DNA of 64,000 nucleotides, taken from the NCBI RefSeq assembly GCF_017348835.2, contig NZ_CP071375.1. One strand, given 5' to 3'. This stretch comes from Escherichia coli (lineage in GTDB: Bacteria; Pseudomonadota; Gammaproteobacteria; Enterobacterales; Enterobacteriaceae). The position numbers and the translations under genes are program-made. Shown piece after piece: positions 38,364 to 49,593 of the stretch. Numbering within the stretch: the first letter of the stretch is position 1; each line of letters begins with the position of its first letter. The notes under the pieces are model-generated. The model did no database searches. It was not told where the DNA came from and saw only the letters and a list, made by a program, of their open reading frames with translations.

Positions 38364-39104
38364 ATGAATAACAACACCACGGCACCGACCTATACGCTGC
38401 GTGGCTTACAGTTGATTGGTTGGCGTGATATGCAGCATGCCCTCGATTATCTGTTTGCTGACGGGCAGCTTAAGCAGGGAACGCTGGTTGCCATTAATGC
38501 TGAAAAAATGCTGACCATTGAAGATAACGCTGAGGTCAGGGAGCTAATTAACGCTGCCGAATTTAAATATGCGGATGGCATCAGCGTTGTACGTTCAGTA
38601 CGTAAAAAGTACCCGCAGGCGCAGGTTTCCCGCGTTGCCGGTGCCGATCTCTGGGAAGAGCTGATGGCGCGCGCAGGCAAAGAAGGGACGCCGGTATTTC
38701 TTGTGGGCGGTAAACCTGAAGTGCTGGCGCAAACTGAAGCTAAACTGCGCAACCAATGGAATGTGAATATCGTTGGCAGTCAGGATGGTTATTTTAAACC
38801 CGAGCAGCGTCAGGCGCTGTTTGAACGCATTCATGCCAGCGGAGCGCAAATCGTCACCGTTGCGATGGGATCGCCAAAGCAGGAGATCTTCATGCGCGAC
38901 TGCCGTCTGGTGCATCCAGATGCGCTGTATATGGGCGTTGGCGGGACTTACGATGTTTTCACCGGTCACGTAAAACGCGCACCGAAAATCTGGCAAACGC
39001 TGGGACTGGAGTGGCTCTACCGCCTGCTTTCGCAGCCGAGCCGCATTAAGCGTCAGCTTCGTTTGCTGCGTTATTTACGCTGGCACTACACCGGCAACCT
39101 CTGA
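38364..39104 (+). CDS. wecG: UDP-ManNAcA:lipid I transferase (WecG/TagA/CpsF family)
   Basis: 246 aa, the last gene of the ECA cluster. Confidence 0.93.
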
Positions 39105-39122
39105 TTTTCCTCTCTTTGTAAA

Positions 39123-39160
39123 GCGACGGAGTGGTCACTCCGTCGCCTGTCTGCTTTTTT
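39123..39160 (+). terminator. Terminator of the wec operon
   Basis: GCGACGGAGTGGTCACTCCGTCGC hairpin, followed by CTGTCTGCTTTTTT. Confidence 0.8.
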
Positions 39161-39294
39161 ATTACACAAAGCATTCAAATTTTTAATGCTTTATTTGCCA
39201 TTTCTCCTGAATTACGAAAACATTCGCAACACTCGATGTACCCATAACGATAACCGGTAACACCGGAAAGCATGCAAACACAACACGAGGATTT

Positions 39295-40680
39295 ATGGCA
39301 GATAACAAACCAGAGCTACAGCGTGGGCTGGAAGCTCGACATATCGAACTCATCGCCCTGGGGGGCACCATTGGCGTCGGCCTGTTTATGGGGGCCGCCA
39401 GTACCCTGAAATGGGCCGGGCCATCCGTATTGTTGGCCTATATCATCGCCGGGCTGTTCGTCTTTTTCATCATGCGTTCAATGGGCGAAATGTTGTTCCT
39501 CGAACCGGTTACCGGTTCGTTCGCCGTTTATGCGCATCGTTATATGAGCCCGTTCTTTGGCTATCTCACCGCCTGGTCTTACTGGTTTATGTGGATGGCC
39601 GTGGGGATCTCTGAAATCACCGCCATTGGCGTTTATGTCCAGTTCTGGTTCCCGGAGATGGCGCAGTGGATACCCGCATTGATCGCAGTGGCGCTGGTGG
39701 CGTTGGCGAATCTGGCGGCGGTGCGGTTGTACGGCGAAATCGAGTTCTGGTTCGCGATGATCAAAGTCACCACGATTATCGTGATGATTGTCATTGGCCT
39801 GGGCGTGATTTTCTTTGGCTTTGGCAATGGCGGGCAGTCGATTGGTTTTAGCAATCTCACAGAGCATGGCGGTTTCTTTGCGGGTGGCTGGAAAGGGTTC
39901 CTGACCGCGCTGTGTATTGTGGTGGCGTCCTACCAGGGCGTGGAGCTGATTGGCATTACTGCCGGTGAAGCGAAGAATCCGCAGGTGACGCTGCGCAGTG
40001 CCGTAGGCAAGGTGCTGTGGCGGATCCTGATTTTCTACGTAGGCGCGATTTTCGTTATCGTCACCATCTTCCCGTGGAATGAAATAGGCAGCAACGGCAG
40101 CCCGTTCGTACTGACTTTTGCCAAAATCGGTATTACCGCAGCGGCGGGCATTATCAACTTTGTGGTGCTGACGGCTGCGCTCTCTGGCTGTAACAGCGGC
40201 ATGTACAGTTGCGGACGTATGCTCTACGCACTGGCGAAAAACCGTCAGTTACCGGCGGCGATGGCGAAAGTTTCCCGTCACGGCGTACCGGTTGCGGGTG
40301 TGGCAGTATCTATTGCTATTCTGCTAATTGGCTCATGCCTGAACTACATCATTCCCAATCCGCAGCGTGTGTTTGTCTACGTCTACAGTGCCAGCGTGCT
40401 TCCGGGGATGGTGCCATGGTTTGTGATATTGATAAGCCAGCTGCGTTTTCGGCGTGCACATAAAGCGGCGATTGCCAGCCATCCGTTCCGCTCAATCCTG
40501 TTCCCGTGGGCCAACTACGTAACAATGGCATTCCTGATTTGCGTTTTGATCGGCATGTACTTTAATGAAGATACGCGTATGTCGCTGTTTGTTGGCATCA
40601 TCTTTATGCTGGCGGTGACGGCGATTTATAAAGTTTTTGGGCTTAATCGCCACGGGAAAGCGCATAAACTGGAGGAATAA
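39295..40680 (+). CDS. yifK: APC-family amino acid permease YifK (Thr/Ser transporter)
   Basis: 461 aa with 12 predicted TM segments. N-terminus [31 protein letters not shown] is typical of AroP/LysP-type permeases. Confidence 0.92.
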
Positions 40681-40732
40681 GCAACAAAACGCACAAACCG
40701 TAACCAAACGCGCAATTTATTTAAAAAGGGAC

Positions 40733-40761
40733 TAGACAGAGGGGTGGGAAGTCCGTATTAT
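40733..40761 (+). promoter_or_regulatory. Promoter of the argX-hisR-leuT-proM tRNA operon
   Basis: TAGACA at 40733-40738 and TATTAT at 40756-40761 with a 17 nt spacer, then the GC-rich discriminator CCACCCCCGC typical of stringently controlled stable-RNA promoters. Confidence 0.7.
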
Positions 40762-40782
40762 CCACCCCCGCAACGGCGCTAA

Positions 40783-40859
<77 letters not shown>

Positions 40860-40916
40860 TTTAGTCCCGGCGCTTGAGCTGCGGTGGTAGTAATACCGCG
40901 TAACAAGATTTGTAGT

Positions 40917-40993
40917 GGTGGCTATAGCTCAGTTGGTAGAGCCCTGGATTGTGATTCCAGTTGTCGTGGGTTCGAATCCCATTAGCCACCCCA
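40917..40993 (+). tRNA. hisR: tRNA-His (GUG), with the extra 5' G(-1)
   Basis: GGTGGCTATAGCTCAGTTGGTAGAGCCCTGGATTGTGATTCCAGTTGTCGTGGGTTCGAATCCCATTAGCCACCCCA, 77 nt. Confidence 0.96.
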
Positions 40994-41013
40994 TTATTAG
41001 AAGTTGTGACAAT

Positions 41014-41100
41014 GCGAAGGTGGCGGAATTGGTAGACGCGCTAGCTTCAGGTGTTAGTGTCCTTACGGACGTGGGGGTTCAAGTCCCCCCCCTCGCACCA
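41014..41100 (+). tRNA. leuT: tRNA-Leu (CAG), class II with a long variable arm
   Basis: GCGAAGGTGGCGGAATTGGTAGACGCGCTAGCTTCAGGTGTTAGTGTCCTTACGGACGTGGGGGTTCAAGTCCCCCCCCTCGCACCA, 87 nt. Confidence 0.96.
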
Positions 41101-41142
41101 CGACTTTAAAGAATTGAACTAAAAATTCAAAAAGCAGTATTT

Positions 41143-41219
41143 CGGCGAGTAGCGCAGCTTGGTAGCGCAACTGGTTTGGGACCAGTGGGTCGGAGGTTCG
41201 AATCCTCTCTCGCCGACCA
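41143..41219 (+). tRNA. proM: tRNA-Pro (UGG)
   Basis: CGGCGAGTAGCGCAGCTTGGTAGCGCAACTGGTTTGGGACCAGTGGGTCGGAGGTTCGAATCCTCTCTCGCCGACCA, 77 nt. Confidence 0.96.
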
Positions 41220-41225
41220 ATTTTG

Positions 41226-41254
41226 AACCCCGCTTCGGCGGGGTTTTTTGTTTT
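41226..41254 (+). terminator. Terminator of the tRNA operon
   Basis: AACCCCGCTTCGGCGGGGTT hairpin followed by TTTTGTTTT. Confidence 0.9.
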
Positions 41255-41365
41255 CTGTGCATTTCGTCACCCTCCCTTCGCAATAAACGCCCGTAATAAC
41301 TCATTGCCCCACGGTATGATTTCGCCCTTAACGTATTGAAGGATGACTTCAGGCAAGGAGCGACC

Positions 41366-42601
41366 ATGCTGCAACAGGTTCCAACGCGTGCTTTTCATGT
41401 GATGGCGAAACCGAGCGGTTCCGATTGTAATCTGAACTGTGACTACTGTTTTTATCTCGAAAAACAATCCCTTTACCGCGAAAAGCCAGTCACGCATATG
41501 GACGATGACACGCTGGAAGCGTATGTCCGTCACTATATCGCTGCCAGCGAACTGCAAAACGAAGTGGCTTTTACCTGGCAGGGCGGCGAACCAACGCTAC
41601 TCGGGCTGGAGTTTTACCGCCGTGCCGTAAAGTTACAGGCGAAATACGGTGCTGGCAGGAAGATAAGTAACAGCTTCCAGACTAACGGCGTGCTGCTCGA
41701 TGATGAATGGTGTGCATTTCTGGCAGAAAATCATTTTCTTGTTGGGTTATCGCTGGATGGTCCGGCTGAGATCCACAATCAATATCGCGTGACCAAAGGC
41801 GGCAGACCCACGCATAAACTGGTGATGCGTGCCCTGACGCTGCTGCAAAAACATCATGTCGACTATAACGTGCTGGTCTGCGTTAATCGCACCAGCGCGC
41901 AGCAACCGTTGCAGGTATATGATTTTTTGTGCGATGCGGGAGTGGAATTCATCCAGTTTATTCCGGTGGTCGAGCGCCTGGCTGATGAAACGGCTGCCCG
42001 CGAAGGACTGAAATTGCATGCGCCTGGTGATATTCAGGGGGAACTGACGGAATGGTCGGTGCGCCCCGAGGAGTTCGGTGAATTTCTGGTGGCGATATTC
42101 GACCACTGGATTAAACGCGACGTCGGCAAGATTTTCGTGATGAATATCGAATGGGCGTTTGCCAATTTTGTCGGTGCGCCGGGTGCGGTTTGCCATCATC
42201 AGCCAACCTGTGGGCGCTCGGTGATTGTTGAGCACAACGGCGACGTTTACGCCTGCGATCACTATGTTTATCCGCAATATCGACTGGGGAATATGCACCA
42301 GCAAACAATTGCAGAAATGGTAGATTCTCCGCAGCAGCAGACTTTTGGTGAAGATAAATTTAAGCAGTTACCGGCGCAGTGTCGCAGTTGTAACGTGTTA
42401 AAAGCATGTTGGGGAGGCTGCCCGAAACACCGCTTCATGCTCGATGCTAGCGGTAAACCGGGGCTGAATTATTTGTGTGCCGGATATCAGCGTTATTTCC
42501 GCCATCTACCGCCATATCTTAAAGCTATGGCTGATTTGCTGGCGCACGGTCGTCCGGCCAGCGACATTATGCATGCGCATTTGCTGGTGGTGAGTAAGTA
42601 A
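41366..42601 (+). CDS. aslB: Anaerobic sulfatase-maturating enzyme homolog (radical SAM/SPASM)
   Basis: The internal start MLQQVPTRAFHVMAKPSGSDCNLNCDYCFY gives 411 aa. CxxxCxxC radical-SAM motif plus a C-terminal Cys-rich SPASM region (CRSCNVLKACWGGCPKHR). Confidence 0.93.
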   Translation: MLQQVPTRAFHVMAKPSGSDCNLNCDYCFYLEKQSLYREKPVTHMDDDTLEAYVRHYIAASELQNEVAFTWQGGEPTLLGLEFYRRAVKLQAKYGAGRKISNSFQTNGVLLDDEWCAFLAENHFLVGLSLDGPAEIHNQYRVTKGGRPTHKLVMRALTLLQKHHVDYNVLVCVNRTSAQQPLQVYDFLCDAGVEFIQFIPVVERLADETAAREGLKLHAPGDIQGELTEWSVRPEEFGEFLVAIFDHWIKRDVGKIFVMNIEWAFANFVGAPGAVCHHQPTCGRSVIVEHNGDVYACDHYVYPQYRLGNMHQQTIAEMVDSPQQQTFGEDKFKQLPAQCRSCNVLKACWGGCPKHRFMLDASGKPGLNYLCAGYQRYFRHLPPYLKAMADLLAHGRPASDIMHAHLLVVSK

Positions 42602-42636
42602 AAAAGCGGCCATTTTGTGGCCGCCTGCGGTTGATT

Positions 42637-42740
<104 letters not shown>

Positions 42741-42768
42741 AAAGGCAGATCTCAGCGATAGCGCCGAC

Positions 42769-44424
42769 TTAATCAGATTTAATCTGCGCGCGTGGTGGAT
42801 ATTTTTTCAGGATCTCCATATACGCGTGCATTTCGGTCTGTAGCGGTACACCCATCGGAATATGGCGCACGCCGATAGAGTCGCTCTCCTGCGGATCGGT
42901 GTAGAGGTTAAACACCGACGATCCGGCTGTTTGCATTACTGTGCCGGTGAATCCACCCTGATATCCGCTCTGAGTATAAGCGTAAGGTTGCTGAATCAGG
43001 ACGTGATACTTGAATTCATCCATACGCACAGCAGCGAGTTTACCGTTGAGGAAGTAGTGCTCGGCCTTACGGTTAGACTGACCATTTGTTCCCAGGAAGA
43101 AAGATGTCTGGTCCACACCATCGATAAAGGTGGTTTTCGGCACTAAATTCGCGACTTTCGCGCCAGGATGCCCCGCCAGATCCAGTGCTGTTGGGAAGAG
43201 ATCTGCCAGATCAACAATGCCGTCAGATTTACGCGGTTGGATCATGCCTTTCCAGTACACGAAAGTTGGAACGCGAACGCCGCCTTCCCAGGTAGACCCT
43301 TTCGCACCACGGAACGGTGTGCGACCGTGCGGAGGCACTTCGGCTTCCGGACCGTTATCGGAGGTAAAGACAATAAGCGTGTTATCCAACTGACCGTTTT
43401 TCTCCAGCGTTTTGTAGAGATTAGCGAACACATCGTTCATCTCCACCATGCAGTCGCCATACGAGGTGCGTGCCGGAGAACTTCCCGCATATTTGGCGTT
43501 CGGGTAGTTATCGAAGTGACAGCCGCGCGTACCGTAATATAAGAAGAAAGGTTTATCGCTCTTCGCCATCTTGTCGAGGAACTTAACGCCATATTCCATC
43601 CAGCGTTGATCCAGGTCTTCCATATATTTCGGCGTAATGTCAGCAATGGCCTCCTGTTCGCCGCCGCGTACAGCATGAACATCATCTTTGCTAAATGGTA
43701 ATTGCTTGATGTATTCAGAACGGTCCGGACTCAGGGCGACTTCCGGGTTGACGTGAACATCGCGCCATTCGGTGTACATATCAGACACCGAGTTAAAGCC
43801 ACGGAAATCATCAAAGCCAACGTTCTGCGGCTGCGACTCTTTGTTTTCCCCCATATGCCATTTCCCGATAGCCTGGGTGACGTAGCCCTGATCGTGCAGC
43901 AACTGCGGCAGCGTGGTTAACCCTTGCAGCCCGCCCGGTTGCCCGTACATTGGCGGCATCAGAATGCCGTGGTGGATGGAGTATTGTCCGGTGAGAATGG
44001 TGGCGCGGGTTGGGGAAGAGCTTGGTTGAGAATACGCCGAAGTTAAAATCAGCCCCTGGCTGGCAACGGCGTCGATATCTGGTGTAGGGTTACCCACCGC
44101 CACGCCGCCACCGTTAAAACCGACGTCCATCCAGCCCACATCGTCCAGCAAGAAAACAACCACATTCGGTTTCTTACCGGTTTTTTTCTCAAGTTCTGCC
44201 AGCTTCTGCTGGGTTTCTTTATCCTGCGCCGGATGCTGCATTACTGGCATCATATTGTCGGCAATAGTGGTCGCCGGTTTAACCAGATACTGGTTTGGGT
44301 GATCGTATCCGGCAAAGCCTTTGCGTGCGGTGGCAGTTGACGGGGTATCTGCTGCGCTGGCCATGAGAGGAAGAGCGGCGGCGACAGCAACAACAAGACG
44401 TTTGGGTGAAAACGAAAATTCCAT
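42769..44424 (-). CDS. aslA: Putative arylsulfatase AslA (exported)
   Basis: 551 aa. N-terminal signal peptide (...[11 protein letters not shown]). Sulfatase signature S-x-P-x-R in [16 protein letters not shown], a Ser-type FGly motif. Metal-binding LLDDVG. Confidence 0.93.
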   Translation of the reverse strand: MEFSFSPKRLVVAVAAALPLMASAADTPSTATARKGFAGYDHPNQYLVKPATTIADNMMPVMQHPAQDKETQQKLAELEKKTGKKPNVVVFLLDDVGWMDVGFNGGGVAVGNPTPDIDAVASQGLILTSAYSQPSSSPTRATILTGQYSIHHGILMPPMYGQPGGLQGLTTLPQLLHDQGYVTQAIGKWHMGENKESQPQNVGFDDFRGFNSVSDMYTEWRDVHVNPEVALSPDRSEYIKQLPFSKDDVHAVRGGEQEAIADITPKYMEDLDQRWMEYGVKFLDKMAKSDKPFFLYYGTRGCHFDNYPNAKYAGSSPARTSYGDCMVEMNDVFANLYKTLEKNGQLDNTLIVFTSDNGPEAEVPPHGRTPFRGAKGSTWEGGVRVPTFVYWKGMIQPRKSDGIVDLADLFPTALDLAGHPGAKVANLVPKTTFIDGVDQTSFFLGTNGQSNRKAEHYFLNGKLAAVRMDEFKYHVLIQQPYAYTQSGYQGGFTGTVMQTAGSSVFNLYTDPQESDSIGVRHIPMGVPLQTEMHAYMEILKKYPPRAQIKSD

Positions 44425-44848
44425 GCAAAATGCTCCGGTTTCATGTCATCAAAATGATGACGTAATTAAGCATTGATAATTGAGATCCCTCTCCCTGACA
44501 GGATGATTACATAAATAATAGTGACAAAAATAAATTATTTATTTATCCAGAAAATGAATTGGAAAATCAGGAGAGCGTTTCCAATCCTACCTCTGGCGCA
44601 GTTGATATGTAAGGCAGGTTTATTATATCGCGTTGATTATTGATGCTGTTTTTAGTTTTAACGGCAATTAATATATGCGTTATTAATTGAATGAATTTTA
44701 TCATTCATAATAAGTATGTGTAGGATCAAGCTCAGGTTAAATATTCACTCAGGAAGTTATTACTCAGGAAGCAAAGAGGATTACAGAATTATCTCATAAC
44801 AAGTGTTAAGGGATGTTATTTCCCGATTCTCTGTGGCATAATAAACGA

Positions 44849-45055
44849 GTAGATGCTCATTCCATCTCTTATGTTCGCCTTAGTGCCTCATAAACTCCGG
44901 AATGACGCAGAGCCGTTTACGGTGCTTATCGTCCACTGACAGATGTCGCTTATGCCTCATCAGACACCATGGACACAACGTTGAGTGAAGCACCCACTTG
45001 TTGTCATACAGACCTGTTTTAACGCCTGCTCCGTAATAAGAGCAGGCGTTTTTTT
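44849..45055 (+). ncRNA. glmZ: GlmZ small RNA (activator of glmS translation)
   Basis: GTAGATGCTCATTCCATCTCTTATGTTCGCC...AACGCCTGCTCCGTAATAAGAGCAGGCGTTTTTTT. 207 nt, located between aslA and hemY, with a terminal Rho-independent terminator. Matches the remembered GlmZ (SraJ/RyiA) sequence. TGGCATAAT lies just upstream. Confidence 0.9.
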
Positions 45056-45102
45056 ATGTATCAGGAAGGCCCCGGAGGTGCTTGCCTCCGGGTGAGAAGG
45101 AA

Positions 45103-46299
45103 CTACTGTGGTGGGTTGTTCTGCAACGTTAACATCAAACCGTCGCGACGCATCGCTGCAGCTTCTTCCGGCTTGTGCAGTCTGTCCAGCGCGTCGGCAA
45201 GCCATGCGTAATCGTAGGCGTCCGGACGTTGTTTCAGCGCTGCGCGGAAGGCGAGCGATGCTTCCTGCCATTCTCCGTGCTTCATCAGTGACTGGCCCAG
45301 TGTGCTCCACAACAGCGGGCGATCGCCGACGTTTTTGATTTGCTGGCGCAGCACTTTTTCCAGCTGTTCCGGATTGTTTGTTTTCAGTCGAGGAATCGGC
45401 AGCAGTAGGCGATCGTCGTACTGGCGTTTCAGGCCATCGATGATAATTTGCTGGGCAGTATCATGATCGTCACATTCAATAAGATGTTCCGCCATTGCCA
45501 CCTGCAACGCTACCTGATGACGCGTTTTCCGGCTTTGGTTTTTCCACCAGTTACGCAAACCTTCGCTACCGTTATCGGCACGCGCCTGATCCATCAGGCC
45601 AATCCATGCCTGTTGTTCCAGCATTGCACGATGTTCTTCATCACCAACATGGGCTTTCGCCATTGATGGGATAATATCCAGCAGCGAACTCCATGCACCT
45701 GTGCGGATATACGCCTGTTCCGCCAGACGTAATACTTCCGGATGGCGTGGCGTAACTTCCAGCAGCTTATCCACGCCGTGGCGTGCAGCATGGTTTTCAT
45801 TACGGGCCAGTTGCAGACGTACACGGGTGATTTCTACCGGAATGGTGTCATTGCCGGCCAGCTCCGCTGCGCGTTCCAGATGTTGGTTGGCGCGCGCTTC
45901 ATCACCACGTTGTTGCGCGGCTTCGGCAGCCAGTAGATAGTTCACCACCGGTTGTTCAGCGTGATCGGCATTTTTCGCCATCAGCTTTTCAACTTGCTGA
46001 TAATCGCCTTCCGCCAGTTTCAGCAGCGCCTGTTCGGTCTGCTTACGTGCACGGCGACGCTTACGCCCGACAAACCACCCACGGGTGTGCGCGCCAGTGC
46101 GGAAGATCCGCCGCAGTAGCCACTCAATGGCAAACAGCACTACCATCGCCAGAATCAATATGATCGCCAGGCCCGTGACGCTGGTTTCGATATTGTAGTT
46201 GTCGGTCTGGATCAGCACATAACCCTGATGACCGGCAATCATCGGGCCAACCACGATCCCCGCAATCAGCAACACAAAGAGCAATAACACTTTTAGCAT
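45103..46299 (-). CDS. hemY: HemY (TPR-containing inner membrane protein of the hem operon)
   Basis: 398 aa. Two N-terminal TM helices followed by TPR-like repeats. Confidence 0.93.
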   Translation of the reverse strand: MLKVLLLFVLLIAGIVVGPMIAGHQGYVLIQTDNYNIETSVTGLAIILILAMVVLFAIEWLLRRIFRTGAHTRGWFVGRKRRRARKQTEQALLKLAEGDYQQVEKLMAKNADHAEQPVVNYLLAAEAAQQRGDEARANQHLERAAELAGNDTIPVEITRVRLQLARNENHAARHGVDKLLEVTPRHPEVLRLAEQAYIRTGAWSSLLDIIPSMAKAHVGDEEHRAMLEQQAWIGLMDQARADNGSEGLRNWWKNQSRKTRHQVALQVAMAEHLIECDDHDTAQQIIIDGLKRQYDDRLLLPIPRLKTNNPEQLEKVLRQQIKNVGDRPLLWSTLGQSLMKHGEWQEASLAFRAALKQRPDAYDYAWLADALDRLHKPEEAAAMRRDGLMLTLQNNPPQ

Positions 46300-46301
46300 G
46301 G

Positions 46302-47507
46302 TTATTCTCCTTGCGGCGCGGCTGCCGGAGTATCAGCTTGCGGTGCAGGTGCAGGTGCAGGTGCAGGTGCAGGTGCAGGTTTAGCTTCCGTTGTCCCCGC
46401 TGCCGGTTGTGCCAGCAGGTTACGCACGCGAGTCTGCATCAGTTTTTCCAGCATCGCCTGGCTTTGCAGGGTTTCCGGAAGATCCATCGAGATATTTTGC
46501 TGGCTTAACTGGTCCACCTCGTCGAGGAACGCTTTGGTGGTGGCATCATCAGTATCGTAGTAAGCACGTACCCAGGTGGAGACGTTCTCCAGCGCCTGGC
46601 GATAAGTCTCTTGCTGGTGACGCGGTACAGCTTGTGCTGCGACCAGCAGGCGAGAGCGAATATTTTCGCGCAGATAGATATCCTGATTTGGCGCTAACAG
46701 CGGTACGGCGGTGTCATCACGACGGCGAATCGTAATGAAGTTGTCCATAAAGTTCTGCCAGCTTTTTTGCAGATTGATACGCCATTCGCTGATGGAACTG
46801 GAAAGCTCTTCACCGTCGGAATCCATCGGCGAACCATCGCTGTCATTATCGGCCAGACGCAGGTTATCTACCTGATTTGAAAGCTGATTAAGCTTAAGGA
46901 TGATGCCGTCATAATCCACCTGCGATACTGCTGAAAGGCTGGCGATATCATCGGTAATTGCCCTACGAACGGTAATCAGACTCGGGTCATTCATATCCGC
47001 CAGGCTGGCGTCTGCACTTTTCAGCAACGCTGCAGCGGTCGTGACGTCCTGATCGCTCCACAGCTTCCGTCCGGCGAGTTTCACCAGAAAATCGGCCTGA
47101 GCCAGCAGCCAGGTTTTAGCATCGCTGCCGGAAATTGTGGCGACCTTTTGTTGGACTTCATCCAACTGTTTTGCCAGCGTTTCTTGCTGACGATTCGCCT
47201 GCTTAAGTTGTGCAGCTTGTTGCTTAATAATGCCTTCCAGCTCGGCTTTTTGGCTCTCCTGGGCTTTTTGCAATGCCGTCAGTTGGTTAGCCAGGGCATC
47301 GCTGGTGGCGGTCTGATTGACGGCCTGTTGTTTACCCCAGCCATACAAACCGACGCCCGCCGCCAGAGCAATAGCGATAGCCACCGCGCTGAGAATCAAT
47401 GCGGTATTGTTCTTACTCTTTTTTTCTGTTGCGACAGGTTGTGACGTGGTGTCCACGGCCTCCCTGGTCTCTTCAACCACGGCGGAGGTTTTTTCTTGTT
47501 CCGTCAT
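46302..47507 (-). CDS. hemX: HemX (membrane-anchored coiled-coil protein), with an expanded C-terminal Pro-Ala repeat
   Basis: 401 aa. One TM helix ([22 protein letters not shown]). The C-terminus is ...EAK(PA)6[13 protein letters not shown]. Confidence 0.92.
   Translation of the reverse strand: MTEQEKTSAVVEETREAVDTTSQPVATEKKSKNNTALILSAVAIAIALAAGVGLYGWGKQQAVNQTATSDALANQLTALQKAQESQKAELEGIIKQQAAQLKQANRQQETLAKQLDEVQQKVATISGSDAKTWLLAQADFLVKLAGRKLWSDQDVTTAAALLKSADASLADMNDPSLITVRRAITDDIASLSAVSQVDYDGIILKLNQLSNQVDNLRLADNDSDGSPMDSDGEELSSSISEWRINLQKSWQNFMDNFITIRRRDDTAVPLLAPNQDIYLRENIRSRLLVAAQAVPRHQQETYRQALENVSTWVRAYYDTDDATTKAFLDEVDQLSQQNISMDLPETLQSQAMLEKLMQTRVRNLLAQPAAGTTEAKPAPAPAPAPAPAPQADTPAAAPQGE
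46345..46380. repeat. Perfect hexanucleotide tandem repeat (GCAGGT)x6 inside hemX
   Basis: Six perfect GCAGGT units, preceded by a degenerate TGCGGT. On the coding (minus) strand this is (CCTGCA)n = (Pro-Ala)n. Confidence 0.95.
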
Positions 47508-47528
47508 TATGGCTTCCTGTTATGAGAG

Positions 47529-48269
47529 TTATTGTAATGCCCGTAAAAGCGCATCGTTGTCAGCGTTATCGGCGACCTTAATGTCTTGCCAGCCCAGTTC
47601 CCGGGCGAGTTTCGCCAAACGCTCACTGACGACCAATAGTCGACAGTGTAGTAACCAGTGCTCACGATACCATTGTGGGATCAGCGACCAGAGTTGCTGC
47701 AACATTTCACCGCTGGTAACAACGACCGTCGTCACCTCGCGGGATTGCCAGCGCATCGCTTCTTCTGCACCATCGTAATGGATTGCGCATCGTTGATAAC
47801 ATTCACAAAAAGTGACCTCAGCACCGCGCGCCGTCAGGGTATCCCCAATTAGCTCACGACCGCCATTGCCACGTAATATCAGCGCACGTTTGCCCGCAAT
47901 ATTTTGTAATTCAGGTAATTGTAGCAAGACTTCGCTGATTTCCCGATCCTGTGGGTAGAGAATCTTCTGTCCGCTTACGGTATGTAGCGCCAGTGCGGTG
48001 GTGCGTCCAATGGCGAAATAAGTAGGTAGTTGGGGCCATTTACGATCTTGCTGATGCAGCTGTGATTGGGCAAAAGCAACCGCGTGTTGCGAGAGGGCAA
48101 ACAACAGATCGCTCTCCCCCAGCGCTGCCAGTTGATCAGCAAGTTGCGGTAATTGTCGACCCGGAGAAAACTCAATCAGCGGAAAATGCCAGGCCACCTG
48201 CCCCAGTGTGCGCAGACGGCTCACTAACTCTTCTCCAGCGGGAGACGGGCGGGTGACAAGGATACTCAT
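47529..48269 (-). CDS. hemD: Uroporphyrinogen-III synthase
   Basis: 246 aa [34 protein letters not shown]... Overlaps the hemC stop. Confidence 0.95.
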   Translation of the reverse strand: MSILVTRPSPAGEELVSRLRTLGQVAWHFPLIEFSPGRQLPQLADQLAALGESDLLFALSQHAVAFAQSQLHQQDRKWPQLPTYFAIGRTTALALHTVSGQKILYPQDREISEVLLQLPELQNIAGKRALILRGNGGRELIGDTLTARGAEVTFCECYQRCAIHYDGAEEAMRWQSREVTTVVVTSGEMLQQLWSLIPQWYREHWLLHCRLLVVSERLAKLARELGWQDIKVADNADNDALLRALQ

Positions 48270-49207
48270 GCCGGGGCGTCTCCGTTATAGACTTCAGCGA
48301 GGATCTCGCGCGCGCCGTTATTCAGTAGCTCTTCTGCCAGCGAAATCCCCATTTGTTCGGCATCTTGCGGCGCACCGCGGCGTTCACCGCGAATAATCTG
48401 CGAACCGTCCGGCGCGCCGACCAGTGCACGCAGCCAGATTTCGCCATCAATAAGCTCGGCGTAGCTACCAATTGGCACCTGACATCCGCCTTCGAGACGG
48501 GTATTCATGGCGCGTTCTGCGGTAACGCGCAGTGCAGTTTCGTGGTGATTCAGCGCGGCAAGCAGCTCGCGAGTGCGTGCATCATCAAGGCGGCATTCAA
48601 TACCCACCGCACCTTGCCCTACCGCCGGAAGAGAAATCTCGGGTGGCAACGCGGCGCGAATACGTGACTCCAGACCTAAACGTTTTAGTCCGGCTACGGC
48701 AAGAATGATGGCATCGTATTCGCCGTTATCCAGTTTGCTCAGGCGAGTGCCGACGTTGCCGCGCAGGGAGCGGATAATCAGATCCGGGCGGCGTTCAGCC
48801 AGTTGGCACTGGCGACGTAAACTGGACGTCCCGACGATACTGCCTGCCGGTAACGCATCCAGACTGTCATAGTTATTGGACACAAAGGCATCGCGAGGAT
48901 CTTCACGCTCACAAATAGTGACCAGTCCCAGACCTTGCGGGAATTCAACCGGCACATCTTTCATTGAGTGTACGGCGATATCGGCGCGATTTTCGAGGAG
49001 CGCGACTTCCAGCTCTTTTACAAATAAGCCTTTTCCGCCTACTTTCGCCAGCGGCGTATCAAGAATCACATCGCCGCGCGTCACCATCGGTACCAGTTCA
49101 ACGACCAGGCCCGGATGGCTCGCCATCAACTTGTCTTTGACATAGTGTGCCTGCCAGAGTGCAAGTGGGCTTTGGCGTGTGGCAATTCTTAAAACATTGT
49201 CTAACAT
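48266..49207 (-). CDS. hemC: Porphobilinogen deaminase (hydroxymethylbilane synthase)
   Basis: The internal start [23 protein letters not shown] gives 313 aa. Confidence 0.95.
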   Translation of the reverse strand: MLDNVLRIATRQSPLALWQAHYVKDKLMASHPGLVVELVPMVTRGDVILDTPLAKVGGKGLFVKELEVALLENRADIAVHSMKDVPVEFPQGLGLVTICEREDPRDAFVSNNYDSLDALPAGSIVGTSSLRRQCQLAERRPDLIIRSLRGNVGTRLSKLDNGEYDAIILAVAGLKRLGLESRIRAALPPEISLPAVGQGAVGIECRLDDARTRELLAALNHHETALRVTAERAMNTRLEGGCQVPIGSYAELIDGEIWLRALVGAPDGSQIIRGERRGAPQDAEQMGISLAEELLNNGAREILAEVYNGDAPA

Positions 49208-49545
49208 GCTTGTTACCGTCATTATCATCCGTGGTCCATCCTAACATCCTTGCCAGAGTGATGTCAGTGTTGTGGTGAAACGTAGACGCCTGCGCAAACC
49301 GTAAAATGAGGTCTGGCAGTGGATCCTGACAGGCGTTTCACGCCGTCGTAATAAGGAATTTACAGAGAATAAACGGTGCTACACTTGTATGTAGCGCATC
49401 TTTCTTTACGGTCAATCAGCAAGGTGTTAAATTGATCACGTTTTAGACCATTTTTTCGTCGTGAAACTAAAAAAACCAGGCGCGAAAAGTGGTAACGGTT
49501 ACCTTTGACATACGAAATATCCCGAATGCCGCGTGTTACCGTTGA

Positions 49546-49561
49546 TGTTGGCGGAATCACA
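49546..49561. promoter_or_regulatory. Candidate CRP binding site in the cyaA promoter region
   Basis: TGTTG-GCGGAA-TCACA resembles TGTGA-N6-TCACA. It lies about 35-50 nt upstream of the cyaA TTG start, consistent with the known CRP repression of cyaA. Confidence 0.45.
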
Positions 49562-49593
49562 GTCATGACGGGTAGCAAATCAGGCGATACGTC

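Noticed and set aside
26324-39104. The 12-gene polysaccharide cluster, considered as a possible novel glycan system.
   Set aside because: Gene-for-gene it is the canonical enterobacterial common antigen (wec/rff) cluster: wecA-wzzE-wecB-wecC-rffG-rffH-wecD-wecE-wzxE-wecF-wzyE-wecG. It has no extra or missing genes.
42769-44424. Ser rather than Cys at the formylglycine position of AslA (SSPTR), considered as a possible inactivating change.
   Set aside because: Ser-type sulfatases are a normal class, and they are typically paired with an AtsB/AslB radical-SAM maturase. That is exactly the arrangement here. I cannot confirm from memory that K-12 differs.
44960-45310. A 116 aa minus-strand ORF overlapping the GlmZ 3' end and the hemY 3' end.
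   Set aside because: It is out of frame with hemY and antisense to a well-defined sRNA and its terminator. It is a shadow ORF.
46345-46380. The tandem GCAGGT repeats, considered as a possible CRISPR or minisatellite array.
   Set aside because: The unit is only 6 nt with no spacers, and it lies in frame within hemX. It is a coding microsatellite, reported as such.
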